The position numbers and the translations under genes are program-made. Of a DNA stretch of 64,000 bases, positions 38,931 to 48,736 are shown in pieces (positions within the stretch are counted from its first letter, which is position 1; the number at the start of each line of letters is the position of its first letter). Under the pieces are notes generated by a model. The model was not told the DNA's origin, ran no database searches, and saw only the letters and a program-made list of their open reading frames with translations. The stretch is from an uncultured Gammaproteobacteria bacterium (GTDB lineage Bacteria; Patescibacteriota; Patescibacteriia; UBA1558; 2-01-FULL-52-15): contig CAYOCJ010000002.1 in assembly GCA_964402565.1 (NCBI GenBank), positions 170,982 to 234,981 on the forward strand, written 5' to 3'.

Positions 38931-39200
38931 TTAGCGTTTCGTTTTCTTCTTGAGCTCTTGAAGTACAAGACTCAAGACAAATGCTGATGAGATGTCGTAG
39001 ACACTCATAAGCACTTGAAGTCTGACAACGCCTGGATCGAGTTTGCCGGATTCGATCCGTGCGAGCGTGCTGTGAGGGATTCTTTCTCCCATCAAAGCAG
39101 TGATGTCCTCGACCTCTTGTATCGTGAGTTTTTTTGTCTCGCGTCCCGTAAGGAGGAGCGAGGCAACGGCCTTTGAAACGCGTAATGGCATTGAAGGCAT
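38931..39200 (-). CDS. small HTH (XRE-like) DNA-binding protein
   Basis: LTIQEVEDITALMGERIPHSTLARIESGK helix-turn-helix pattern in an 89-aa ORF. Confidence 0.5.
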   Translation of the reverse strand: MPSMPLRVSKAVASLLLTGRETKKLTIQEVEDITALMGERIPHSTLARIESGKLDPGVVRLQVLMSVYDISSAFVLSLVLQELKKKTKR

Positions 39201-39359
39201 TGTGGACTCCTATGATGAATGAACGTCAGCGTGTTTAGCGAACAGGCTATATAATCAGAATGTTGTGTATGTGTCAAACAATGTTTTTCTGTATTTCCTT
39301 GACATTGATTCATTCTGTCGATATACCTATTAAAGCACATTTTTAAAAGGAGGAGGCCT

Positions 39360-39761
39360 ATGTTTTTCGCCATGGTGATTGGCAGCATCGGTGCCGGACT
39401 TCTGGGTTCGCTGTTTTGGACGCTCATCATGCTCGCAGCCGGCTTCTGGGAAATGTACAGGTACAAAGAGAAGTGGGACTACGAGATGACGATCCTGGTA
39501 TCTGCCATAGCTTTCAGCATCGTGGTCGGAAGCGCCTTGACTTGGACTTCATTACAGCTCGTGCCTTCTGCTTTGAACCGTCCGGCGAATGAAATGGGCG
39601 GCTCAGATTTGCTGGTGAGCCTCGTAGCCGGATTTGGCAGCTGGTACCTCTTTTTCAACACGAAGAACAGGATCGAAGACTACTTCGAGTATGTCTATAA
39701 GCCCCAGCAAGAGCGAAAAGCAAAGGCGATCCGTGAGGGCCTGATCTCGCGAGAACATTGA
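39360..39761 (+). CDS. small membrane protein
   Basis: Strong SD aaaggaggagg 5 nt before the ATG. 3-4 TM helices. A terminator follows at 39766-39800. Confidence 0.6.
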   Translation: MFFAMVIGSIGAGLLGSLFWTLIMLAAGFWEMYRYKEKWDYEMTILVSAIAFSIVVGSALTWTSLQLVPSALNRPANEMGGSDLLVSLVAGFGSWYLFFNTKNRIEDYFEYVYKPQQERKAKAIREGLISREH

Positions 39762-39765
39762 CTGC

Positions 39766-39800
39766 TAAGTCCACCCCTAAAAAGGTGGACTTGTCATTTA
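39766..39800 (+). terminator. intrinsic terminator
   Basis: agtccacc-cctaaaaa-ggtggact followed by a T-rich run. Confidence 0.5.
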
Positions 39801-39815
39801 GATGAATGATATAGG

Positions 39816-39844
39816 TTGACACAATCGTAAATATTTGGTATAAG
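39816..39844 (+). promoter_or_regulatory. sigma70-like promoter (TTGACA-17-TATAAG) at the start of high-GC island 1
   Basis: ttgaca (39816-39821), a 17-nt spacer, then tataag (39839-44), about 60 nt upstream of the GTG at 39903. Confidence 0.5.
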
Positions 39845-39902
39845 TATTTGTTTTCTAAAACATCAACGTTTCATCTTTTGGCGCTTGCGCCAAGGAGGAA
39901 TT

Positions 39903-40964
39903 GTGACGAAAGCAAGGTTCTTTTTCATCCTGATCCTGATCATCCTGATCTGGCCTCACCAGCAGGCTCTGGCTTCCGAGAATACGACAAAGACATGCCA
40001 CATCGGAGCGCATCCGATCAGCACCGAGCAGAAGTGGGATCCGAAAACGGAATACCTCGTGCCCATGACCGAGGCGACCTTCGTTCAGATGCTCGACTCC
40101 CGGAACGAAGAAGCTGACTGCCTACTCACCGCGCCGTATCACGTGGTAGCGTCTCTCAAGGACGGCCGCTGGCTCCGAGTGCTCGAGTGTTCGAATACTT
40201 TGGTTGGTCAGCCGCATTTCTCGGAGATTCCAAAACCTCCGGAAACTGAAAACACGCCGTCAATCCTCAAGCTGGTTCCTACAGAAGAGACCGGCAGCAT
40301 CGTGATCAAGACGGACTCCGAGCCTTCCACGATTTTGAAGAAGACCGATGTCTACCCGTTCATCGGGCCGAGCGTCTGGTCATTGCCAGGTGCAGGCATC
40401 GAGGGTGGCGTGGAGGTCAATTACCGACATCTGCTCTTTGGAGGCGTCTTTCTCCATCACGAGTCAGGCGCGCATCTGCAAGATGCGAGCGAGTCAGCGT
40501 GCTGGGATAGCGCTGCTATGGGATGTGGCGGCAAGATCGCGCCGTATTGGCCGTGCCTGGTCGCTGATTTCAACCACCGAGCTTTCAAGTCCTCATTTGG
40601 TTGGGGAGTGGAACTCGGATTTCGGGAGCGGTTCACGGGCAATAGGTCCAGAAGCCGTTTTGCGCTCGGCCCGGAGATCGGGCACATTGCATACGGCAGC
40701 GACTTCAACCGGGGTCAGCTGATCAACATGGTCGGCATCGGATTCTCCGTCGACCTCGAGGCAATGAACGACGTTGTCGATGACAGTATGATCGTCATTG
40801 GCATCGACCGTGTTCAACGGCCATCCGTGTCTGCAAGTACGCAGACCGTCGACGTCTGCTGGGCAGACTACGGCAACCAGTGCAAGAGCTTCTCGCACCA
40901 GTGGCCGGGAGTGTCTGCCAAGAACGAGCTTGTGCTCAAGGTTGCCTGGGATTTCTGGTTCTAG
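39903..40964 (+). CDS. secreted hypothetical protein, beta-strand-rich, C-terminal ...WDFWF (high-GC island 1)
   Basis: GTG start with SD aaggagga. Signal peptide MTKARFFFILILIILIWPHQQALA. Alternating hydrophobic beta-strand patterns and a terminal aromatic Phe. The coding DNA is about 58% GC against about 43% in the flanks. Confidence 0.6.
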   Translation: MTKARFFFILILIILIWPHQQALASENTTKTCHIGAHPISTEQKWDPKTEYLVPMTEATFVQMLDSRNEEADCLLTAPYHVVASLKDGRWLRVLECSNTLVGQPHFSEIPKPPETENTPSILKLVPTEETGSIVIKTDSEPSTILKKTDVYPFIGPSVWSLPGAGIEGGVEVNYRHLLFGGVFLHHESGAHLQDASESACWDSAAMGCGGKIAPYWPCLVADFNHRAFKSSFGWGVELGFRERFTGNRSRSRFALGPEIGHIAYGSDFNRGQLINMVGIGFSVDLEAMNDVVDDSMIVIGIDRVQRPSVSASTQTVDVCWADYGNQCKSFSHQWPGVSAKNELVLKVAWDFWF

Positions 40965-41101
40965 GTTCAGCATCAGGAAAAAACTGGCGAGGTCGCTTGC
41001 GGCCTCGCCTTTTTCTTTTCTCTGTTGACGAAAATGATATGGAGGGGTAAGGTCTTTGGTCACGTTCATTCCAACTTGCGCGCTTGCGCATTGAGGTGCA
41101 T

Positions 41102-41668
41102 ATGCAAGGAAAGGTTCGAAACTTTTGTTTCTTTTTCGGATTCATCATGTTCTTGTGCGGATCTGCTCCGACGCATCTCGAAGCATACAGTGAGATGTGC
41201 GTGGCTATCCTCACTGTCCTCCTGGCTTTCTCGATCCTCTATACGAAGTCTCCACTGTTCGTACTGCCGTGCTTGCCTGCGGCTACGTACGCTCTGGGAT
41301 GCTGCATGCGCAGTGATGCACCTTTCAGTCTTCATCGATGCCTCGTCGGCACCGGATTCATTCTTGTCGGTTCACTGACGATTAGCTCCTTGCTCCGCAG
41401 ATACGCGGACGTCGATGTTACTGATTACTCGCCTCCGATGCCCCGTATCATTGTCGAGCATGTTGCCAAGGCGGTCTTCGAAGGAAATCCAGGTTATTAC
41501 CATGCTCGGCTCGAGGACTCATACCTGAATACAGGTCCTTGCGCAACCGAAACGCAAGCGCTTAACGAACTGTTTGCGATGCTCGAGGATGCGGGAAAAT
41601 CCACGAACAAAAAACATTACATAGTTATGATGCTTCAAGATGCATCACGCGATGAGAAAAACCAATGA
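41102..41668 (+). CDS. hypothetical membrane protein (high-GC island 1)
   Basis: SD gaggtg before ATG 41102 (alternative start 41084). N-terminal TM helices. A terminator follows at 41660-41700. Confidence 0.5.
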   Translation: MQGKVRNFCFFFGFIMFLCGSAPTHLEAYSEMCVAILTVLLAFSILYTKSPLFVLPCLPAATYALGCCMRSDAPFSLHRCLVGTGFILVGSLTISSLLRRYADVDVTDYSPPMPRIIVEHVAKAVFEGNPGYYHARLEDSYLNTGPCATETQALNELFAMLEDAGKSTNKKHYIVMMLQDASRDEKNQ

Positions 41669-41700
41669 CCGTAGTTAGAGGACTACGGTCTTTTCTTTTT
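41660..41700 (+). terminator. intrinsic terminator ending high-GC island 1
   Basis: gaccgtagt-tagaggact-acggtc followed by ttttcttttttt. Confidence 0.6.
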
Positions 41701-41746
41701 TTATGGTATACTTAAATGGTTCATTTTTTATTAATAAACATCAACT

Positions 41747-42541
41747 ATGGCAAAAAATAAACATATGGTGAACGCATCAGAGCACTATACTGTTGTTATT
41801 GCGCTCATGATATCCCTGGTTACTACATTCCTGCTCGGGTTTCTCATGACTGAAACCTTATGGGGCGGTGGTTTGCGATATTTTTCTAATATAGCGAGCG
41901 AAGGTAAAGCAAAGAAGTCGTATAATGACTATCTGAAAAGTTTGCAGGTTCAGGGTGCGAACGCTGCAGTTCTCTCGATTCCAAAAAAATATTATCGCGT
42001 TGATTTTGATGGCGTAGTCTCTGATCTTGGACCCGGAGTCCTATTATTCAATGCGATGAATAGGGGGGCATCAGTTACTGGGACGTATTATTTTGGCATT
42101 CCAGCGAATGACCTGCTGCCGGAGAACTTTACGGTAGGGCACTATGTGTCCAATTTGCCTTATGTGGTAAATGTGGCTGATTACGTTTTTAGAAATACCG
42201 GTCAATATGATACATGGGTTTGGAATGCAACGCCTGGAGAAGGAGTGACGATACCGGATTCATATAAGACTATCGAAACAAGTGTTTCAGGTATAGACAA
42301 TACGCCTGGCACTGCAGGCACTCCTTCGACTCCGATCTCCAGCATTGAGTTCAACCTGAATTTTACATCTCAATCAGCTCTTACTACTGACGGGCTGCCA
42401 ACATCCTATTCTCCAAATCCGTACAATGAAATGAAGGTTCATGTCGTTCCGGCCATGGGCGCAGATATAACAGCGACCATTAATCGCATCACCATTACAC
42501 CCGCGCCACAGCCTGCAGTGATAACACGTACGGCTGAGTAA
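41747..42541 (+). CDS. hypothetical protein with an N-terminal TM anchor
   Basis: HYTVVIALMISLVTTFLLGFLMT anchor, then a Thr/Ser-rich extracellular region. Confidence 0.45.
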   Translation: MAKNKHMVNASEHYTVVIALMISLVTTFLLGFLMTETLWGGGLRYFSNIASEGKAKKSYNDYLKSLQVQGANAAVLSIPKKYYRVDFDGVVSDLGPGVLLFNAMNRGASVTGTYYFGIPANDLLPENFTVGHYVSNLPYVVNVADYVFRNTGQYDTWVWNATPGEGVTIPDSYKTIETSVSGIDNTPGTAGTPSTPISSIEFNLNFTSQSALTTDGLPTSYSPNPYNEMKVHVVPAMGADITATINRITITPAPQPAVITRTAE

Positions 42542-42654
42542 GCTGACAATGAATAGGTAACAAAAACATCCTGCGCATGCAGGATGTTTGGTTATATGAC
42601 AACGATTCAGAGGCAATACGTGATTGTACGGAGCTAGATTGCAATGCGAGCTAG

Positions 42655-42978
42655 TTATCCAAGTATTATGAGCCCGAAAGCGCCGAGTATGAAAAACAGA
42701 ACGAGAAAAACGAGCGTATAGAGCGTAAGCGTGACTGCATCCTTCTTGGCTCCGCCCATGAATAGTGTTATCGGCTTTGCTAGAATTAAGAGTCCTGATA
42801 TCAATGCAGATATGACAAACAGGAGCAACATGACCACAGGAATCAGGATAGAAGGCTCCTTTACTTCACCAAAAAGTGCTTTTGTGTTGATCATAAAAAG
42901 TGCCACCAGCAGAATGTAGGCAACTTCGCCAAGTGCATTGAGAAAGGCAATTTGTGTAAGTGATTTTTTCATGAGCAT
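42655..42978 (-). CDS. small membrane protein (3 TM)
   Basis: 107-aa ORF of hydrophobic helices. Confidence 0.4.
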   Translation of the reverse strand: MLMKKSLTQIAFLNALGEVAYILLVALFMINTKALFGEVKEPSILIPVVMLLLFVISALISGLLILAKPITLFMGGAKKDAVTLTLYTLVFLVLFFILGAFGLIILG

Positions 42979-43053
42979 TTTTTAAGTATTCTCTATAGCT
43001 AACGTAACTCATTTTGATTAATGGGGCAATAGCCGCATGTATTGGTCATTGGA

Positions 43054-44094
43054 TTATGCTGCGTTCAGCGCTGCTCTGGTTTTTGGCCCGACATTGCCGA
43101 CCTGTTCTATGCCGTATGCTTTCTGGAATTTCAGAACGGCAGTCCGTGTTGCATCACCGAAGTAGCCGGTGATCGTCGGGTAGGTGAAAAAACCTAATCT
43201 TTTTAAAATACTTTGCAGGATAACGACTTGAGGTCCTTTTGACCCGAGACGCAGGTCAAGCGTGATAGCTTCAGTTGGGGCATACGCAGTACTCGATGTC
43301 GTCGCGATCGGTTTTCCATTTCTTTGAAACACTATCGTGGGTGATAATTCTATAGGCACGCCGGTTCTGTAGGCCTCGCTTGTCGGAATTGTTTTTACAG
43401 TGCTGAGAGAATAACCGATCGCTTGCGCAGTAGCTTCATTGGCGATCGCATATTTCACATTGTCAGCGAGAAGATATACTGTTGCATCGCCTGGATATTT
43501 GATCAGCGTCCCTTCAGGTATGATGCGTACGGTTTGCTGAGGCGCGTGTGGTTTGGTGGCTGCAACCAAACTTTCATACGGATCGATCGGCGTTCCATTC
43601 GGTGTATGTATTTCGAAATGCAAATGCGCGCCGACTGTCTCAGCATTTCCTGAGTCGCCTACCCATGCGATGACTTGTCCTGCCGTGACTTGTGCTCCGC
43701 GCTGAATGCCGGGCGCATAGGCATGCTCTGGTCCGCCATTCCCGTCATCGGTCCCAGGGTTATCATTGTTTAAATGCAGATAATGGTAGGTGTATCCTTC
43801 GCTGTCCTCTAAGGCGAGGTAGTATCCGTATGAAGGCTCTACCATCGGCGCAAAGGTGATCATGCCGTCTCTCACTGCGAGGACCGGCGTTAATTTTTTT
43901 GCAATGATGTCATTTCCTATATGGACGCGTCCGCCTGATCTTCCGTCACCGAAGTCATCAATGAAATGGTTATCGCCGTCGACCGGAAAAATGATCGGCC
44001 TCGTAAATCCGGCATGCGCTGGCGAAGCAATAAAAAAAGAGTGCAGAAGCAAGGATCCAGCACCGAATACCGCTAACATTTTGATACTGCGCAT
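43054..44094 (-). CDS. M23-family peptidoglycan endopeptidase with a C-terminal PG-binding domain
   Basis: Signal peptide. M23 motifs HIGNDI...D and HLHFEIH. C-terminal PG_binding_1 repeat (GSKGPQVVILQSILKRLGFF...FGDATRTAVLKFQKAYGI). Confidence 0.85.
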   Translation of the reverse strand: MRSIKMLAVFGAGSLLLHSFFIASPAHAGFTRPIIFPVDGDNHFIDDFGDGRSGGRVHIGNDIIAKKLTPVLAVRDGMITFAPMVEPSYGYYLALEDSEGYTYHYLHLNNDNPGTDDGNGGPEHAYAPGIQRGAQVTAGQVIAWVGDSGNAETVGAHLHFEIHTPNGTPIDPYESLVAATKPHAPQQTVRIIPEGTLIKYPGDATVYLLADNVKYAIANEATAQAIGYSLSTVKTIPTSEAYRTGVPIELSPTIVFQRNGKPIATTSSTAYAPTEAITLDLRLGSKGPQVVILQSILKRLGFFTYPTITGYFGDATRTAVLKFQKAYGIEQVGNVGPKTRAALNAA

Positions 44095-44147
44095 TGATTT
44101 TTATTGAAAGTCAAACTAGGTAAGCAGACGTCCAGAATTGCTCGTCC

Positions 44148-46106
44148 TTACACGGTATAAGGACGGGGTCTTTGGAGCCGAATAGGTCGCGTTTCGCCAT
44201 CAGGCGGCCAAAACTGGTTTTTGTAAGCACGAGGAATTCGCGTGCCGAGTGCTATGAAGCTTATGATCAGCAACACATCAATGACACCCAGAGCGGGCAG
44301 TCGATGCGTCGATGCCAGCGTTGCCATATTGTCGTAGAGCGTACCAGGCAATTGTCTGTTAAATTCGTAACCTGCTACAACGACCTTATTGGATTTACCG
44401 AAGAGATCAGACAAAATTGATCTGAACGTAACTTGCTCCGAGAATGAGCGGATCTTTTTCTCCTCTGTTGGCATAATTGTTGGCGTCACAGCTGGCTGCG
44501 GATAAACGATTTTCTTTTTAACCGGAACAGCAATGTTCTTGGAGCCTTGTACTGCCGGTGCTGGCGCAGGCGTAGTCACGGTCGTTTGCGAAGGCTGGGC
44601 CGGCAGTTGATCGGCAACCGTTGATGCAGGCTGCGATGCCGGCGGAGTTACTGAGTTGTCGGCTGCTGGAGCAGCAGGAGGGGTTATGCTTGGCTGTGGC
44701 GCAGGTGGAGGGGTATTGTCCGTTGTACCAGCTGACGTAGGCGGTAATCCATTATTCGTTGAGGTAGGCGTACCGTCAGGCGGATTCGAGGGAGGTGGAG
44801 TCGGCGTCGGTGCTGGTGTCGGCGTTGGGCTTGGAGCTGGGTTCGGCGCAGGTGAAGGTGCTGGAGTTGGGCTCGGCGAAGGCGAAGGCGTTGGTGCTGG
44901 TGTAGGAGCTGGAGACGGAGTTGGAGATGGAGTTGGTGACGGGCTTGGAGTTGGTGTCGGGGCTGGCGGGACAGTTGTTAATTGATAGGCGAAAAATTGC
45001 GCCAAGAGCATACCGCGTGAATTCGCCTGGAACAACGAACCGACCTGATCAAGCACTCCTTCCTGGCTTCCGCCCCATGCGCCCCAGTAATCGAAACCAA
45101 CAAGAATATGTTCGTCGATCAATCGCTGCCACATGGTATACATGGCGGTCAAATAATCTTTTCTTTGCGCCTCAGGCACTGAGGCATCCCAGTAGTCGCC
45201 CCATTCTTGCAAGTAGATCTGCTTATTTCCGCGCTGGGTGTAAATTCTCCTCAGATCTGATTCCATCTCTTCAGGTGTATGCGTGATGCCATAGTGGTCT
45301 ATCACGATATAGCCGGCATTATTGATCACCGATGAATACATCCATCCGCTATTGATCTCAGAAAAATTCTGAGCGGTCAGCCCAGTCGTGACTTGTTTGC
45401 CAATGACCGCAAAGGCGGCATCGGATACTGTTTTGAGGTCAATGAAAAATTGCGCATAGTTCGCTTGCAGCCCGGCTCCCGTTGCCGGCAAGAATGAGGT
45501 GCTGTCGCTGAAGATCCCTTCAGTGCGTTCCGGCAAGGGTCCCCATATATCTCCATTACTGAAAAATGCAGGGTGGTCGATAATGTATTTATAGGTTTTC
45601 CCGAGCCACGTTGTGGTGCCATCGGCCGCAGCGCTTGCTGCAGTTCCTGCTGGGAAGCGATTGGTTCCTACCCTTTTTGGGAAGCTGTAAATACCCTCAA
45701 TGCCGCTCCAGGTGCCACGCCAGACGACTTTCGCTCCATGCGCATGGATAGAATCGCTCCACTTTTGCGTGAATGCTTCAGCTGTTCGCGGTGAAGGCGC
45801 ATTCGGGTAGTCGCCTGTGCTGTCCATTGGTATTGAGATAGCGATATATTCCGGTTTGATATCGCGCATGATAGCCGTTACGATCGCATCAATGGTCGCG
45901 TCACTTGGCTGATTGCTGACCGTATCCTTCGTCCATTTCATCACATCAACGCCGGCATAATTCAAACCATTGGGAGTTGCGGCAAAACCTGCAGCGAATG
46001 GATAGATGAGGTTTATGAGTATAAAAAAAACGGCAAGAGTGGCGAGTACCGTTCTGAGTTTGCGTGCAGCAGCTGACTGGAATTTGATTTTATCCAGAAG
46101 GATCAT
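44148..46106 (-). CDS. cell-surface protein: putative glycoside-hydrolase-like N-domain, Pro/Thr/Ser/Ala-rich linker, C-terminal TM
   Basis: Signal-anchor, then a ~330-aa globular domain. A ~150-aa linker (PTPSPSPTPAPTP... encoded by the GC-rich tandem repeat at 44640-44990). TM helix LGVIDVLLIISFIALG. Confidence 0.5.
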   Translation of the reverse strand: MILLDKIKFQSAAARKLRTVLATLAVFFILINLIYPFAAGFAATPNGLNYAGVDVMKWTKDTVSNQPSDATIDAIVTAIMRDIKPEYIAISIPMDSTGDYPNAPSPRTAEAFTQKWSDSIHAHGAKVVWRGTWSGIEGIYSFPKRVGTNRFPAGTAASAAADGTTTWLGKTYKYIIDHPAFFSNGDIWGPLPERTEGIFSDSTSFLPATGAGLQANYAQFFIDLKTVSDAAFAVIGKQVTTGLTAQNFSEINSGWMYSSVINNAGYIVIDHYGITHTPEEMESDLRRIYTQRGNKQIYLQEWGDYWDASVPEAQRKDYLTAMYTMWQRLIDEHILVGFDYWGAWGGSQEGVLDQVGSLFQANSRGMLLAQFFAYQLTTVPPAPTPTPSPSPTPSPTPSPAPTPAPTPSPSPSPTPAPSPAPNPAPSPTPTPAPTPTPPPSNPPDGTPTSTNNGLPPTSAGTTDNTPPPAPQPSITPPAAPAADNSVTPPASQPASTVADQLPAQPSQTTVTTPAPAPAVQGSKNIAVPVKKKIVYPQPAVTPTIMPTEEKKIRSFSEQVTFRSILSDLFGKSNKVVVAGYEFNRQLPGTLYDNMATLASTHRLPALGVIDVLLIISFIALGTRIPRAYKNQFWPPDGETRPIRLQRPRPYTV

Positions 46107-46219
46107 AGTATGTTCTAACGAAAAAAGAGGATTCTCCTCTTTTACACCATCAGAAACAATTGCAATACAGTCATAGTATCACATTTTTTGATAAAAATCA
46201 AGTTTCAGGCCATCATTTT

Positions 46220-47239
46220 TCAAAAAGGCAAAGCGCGCCGCAGCTTACGGAGGCTTTCATAGCCGCCGTACCAGATCGGATTATAGATATAATCGAAGCA
46301 TCCGACTGATTCAGCGATGGTTCCGTTGAAGCCTTCTTTGAAACGGGTGATATTCGTGAATGAATCCTGGCTGCCATCAGATGGTGTGATGCCCCAGAAG
46401 TCATAATATTCCATCCCTGAGTCAATAGATTTTACGATGGCGTCCCATTGGAGCAAATAAGGAGCCATGAGGCTGCGGTATTCATAATTGAATCCGCCAT
46501 GGAGATAGGTCATCGTGGGGAATTGTGCAATGTACAGGTTTGCAGCGATCGGGATTTGCTGATGGTATGCGATGGCGACCCAGACGATATTTTTTTCAGT
46601 ATCGGCCTCCAACATTTTCAAAAAATAACTCCGGTCATGAGATCGCAGCTTCTGCCGGCGATTGGTTTGTTCATAGATCGTGTAGAACTGTTTGATCGCA
46701 TGTTCATCCTGCGCCCAGGTGATCGTGACGCCCTTTTTTTCCGCGAGCCTGATATTATAGCGTGTTTTTTCTTTGAACGTCATGATAAGATCTTCTTTCG
46801 GAACATCTAGCTTCAGATAGCTCGTGGCCATCGGCTGTATAGATGCCGATCTCTTCAGAGGAATACTCGGGATGACCGGCAGGAGTACATTCGGTTCGAG
46901 GCGGCAGAAAATTTCTTCGCGTCGGCGGGTCGCAATAGTGATGTCGCGCACCTGGCTCAGCATGAGTTCAAGTGCTTCGCGATACTGTTCTTCGCTTAAC
47001 CCAGGGAGGAACACCGGACCTTTCGGAGCATAGAGATAACTTTTTCCTAAGGGCAGGCCATTGGCATAGAGCAAACAATGAGCGATCAGATGATGATCAT
47101 CATCATAGACGTTCAGCTGCCAGTTTTTTTTATTACGCAGCGTGAGAAATCGCTTCCAGAATCTGCTCTGCAGAAAAGAGCTTAGTGGAAATTGTTCCAG
47201 GAACTCATCATAGTTGTGAGAATTGATCGTAACGTCCAT
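46220..47239 (-). CDS. FemAB-family peptidoglycan interpeptide-bridge aminoacyltransferase
   Basis: N-terminal SFLQSRFWKRF and the overall FemX/MurM pattern (GNAT-like tandem domains). Confidence 0.7.
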   Translation of the reverse strand: MDVTINSHNYDEFLEQFPLSSFLQSRFWKRFLTLRNKKNWQLNVYDDDHHLIAHCLLYANGLPLGKSYLYAPKGPVFLPGLSEEQYREALELMLSQVRDITIATRRREEIFCRLEPNVLLPVIPSIPLKRSASIQPMATSYLKLDVPKEDLIMTFKEKTRYNIRLAEKKGVTITWAQDEHAIKQFYTIYEQTNRRQKLRSHDRSYFLKMLEADTEKNIVWVAIAYHQQIPIAANLYIAQFPTMTYLHGGFNYEYRSLMAPYLLQWDAIVKSIDSGMEYYDFWGITPSDGSQDSFTNITRFKEGFNGTIAESVGCFDYIYNPIWYGGYESLRKLRRALPF

Positions 47240-47241
47240 AG

Positions 47242-47832
47242 CTATTGTGCCTTGCCTTGGCTGAGAATCCGCAGCGCTTCTTTGATTTTATCCGAAAGTT
47301 CGACTGCTTCAGGAGGTATGATCCGCAGCGCTTTGCGGATCTCATTTTCTTTATAGCCAAGCGACATCAGCGCATCCATGAGCTGTACGTTCTCTGTGAT
47401 CGATAGCCCCGCCTTCTCTTCCTGGCTGGTCACCGTAATTTTTTCTTTCAATTCAACGATGATGCGTTCTGCAGTTTTTTTGCCGATATTCGAAACTTTC
47501 TGCAATAAACCCGGATCGCCGTGAATGATCGCCTTTTTGATATCCGAGAGCGGCGCAACGGAAAGTACGCCGAGGGCGCTTTTTGGCCCTACGCCTGAGA
47601 TGCCTATCAAGCGCTCAAAAAAATCTAATTCGTCGAGATTGGGAAACCCATAGAGCTCGATCGCATCTTCCCGGACATGCGTGTAAATAAAAAAAGCGAA
47701 CTCCTGTCCGACGCTGACCGCTTCGAGCATTTGTCCGGTGGTGTAGATGCGGTAACCTGTGGCATCATCGACAACCAGAATGACATAACGCTCTTTTTTC
47801 GCGAGGATCGTTCCTTTCAGATAGCTTATCAT
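47242..47832 (-). CDS. ruvA: Holliday junction branch-migration complex subunit RuvA
   Basis: MISYLKGTI... OB-fold N-terminus, two HhH motifs (GIGPKSA / GIGKKTAERI) and a C-terminal RuvB-binding domain. Confidence 0.88.
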   Translation of the reverse strand: MISYLKGTILAKKERYVILVVDDATGYRIYTTGQMLEAVSVGQEFAFFIYTHVREDAIELYGFPNLDELDFFERLIGISGVGPKSALGVLSVAPLSDIKKAIIHGDPGLLQKVSNIGKKTAERIIVELKEKITVTSQEEKAGLSITENVQLMDALMSLGYKENEIRKALRIIPPEAVELSDKIKEALRILSQGKAQ

Positions 47833-47884
47833 AGCATAATGTAACCACTGTTGAGCGGAAAAATCAATTCTTTTATGCTGTTCT

Positions 47885-48655
47885 TTATTTTATAGAACCG
47901 CGATAAACGCGCATGGTGTCCAATGATCCCTGGAAAAGTGCTCCAGTTGGGGTTCCTCCGGCATTATTACTTTGGAAAGTAGGGTTTGCATTCGATAAAG
48001 TCGAATTTTTACTGAGTGTAATGTCAACCGGGGTCATTTTTGTACCATCAAAATATGCTGTAGCATTGGATGACCGAACAGCGGTGATCACAATAAAGTG
48101 CCAATTCCCATCATTAACTAACCCCACAGGCACGACTGGATATTCTCTGGTAGTACCGACTCCATCTGCTAAGCCCAAAAATAAACCACTATCGGTATTA
48201 TACCGCACGTACCAGAAATTATTATCAATAAGACCAGCTTTACCCGTTGGGATGACGCTTGTTTTCATCCAAAATGACACCGTGAAATCATCGAGGTCTA
48301 TTTGGTAATCAGTAGTGCCGGCATTGATCCATGCACCAGGGACAAAAGAATAGCATGCACCGCTTACGCAGTTATCAGCGGTAGCAAATGAGCCGCCTGC
48401 GCCTAATGCAAAGCCATTATGGCCGTAACCGGATGTGTCTGCAAAGTTATTGTCGAATTTCCATTCTGCAAGCAGGTCTGCACCGAGCGCCCGATAGACC
48501 GATGTTTCGAAGCTTTTTACAGCAACGGTCCGAGCTTTTTGTTTTGCTGAACTGAGGTTTACTATAGCTATGGATGCCAGAAGTCCGATGATTGCGATTA
48601 CCACGAGCATTTCGATCAGCGTGAAAGCCCGCTTGTTTCTCATGAGGATATGCAT
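47885..48655 (-). CDS. type IV pilin-like protein with a LamG/ConA-like globular domain
   Basis: MRNKRA|FTLIEMLVVIAIIGLLASIAI prepilin N-terminus with Ala, not Gly, at -1. The rest resembles a concanavalin-like lectin fold (NGNWHF..., LDTMRVY). Confidence 0.75.
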   Translation of the reverse strand: MHILMRNKRAFTLIEMLVVIAIIGLLASIAIVNLSSAKQKARTVAVKSFETSVYRALGADLLAEWKFDNNFADTSGYGHNGFALGAGGSFATADNCVSGACYSFVPGAWINAGTTDYQIDLDDFTVSFWMKTSVIPTGKAGLIDNNFWYVRYNTDSGLFLGLADGVGTTREYPVVPVGLVNDGNWHFIVITAVRSSNATAYFDGTKMTPVDITLSKNSTLSNANPTFQSNNAGGTPTGALFQGSLDTMRVYRGSIK

Positions 48656-48736
48656 GGAATAATTATAACATACTTGGGCTTATTTCATTGGAGTTGACGC
48701 TTAGTGTCAGAGTCTTTACAATGGTAGAATTCTTTT

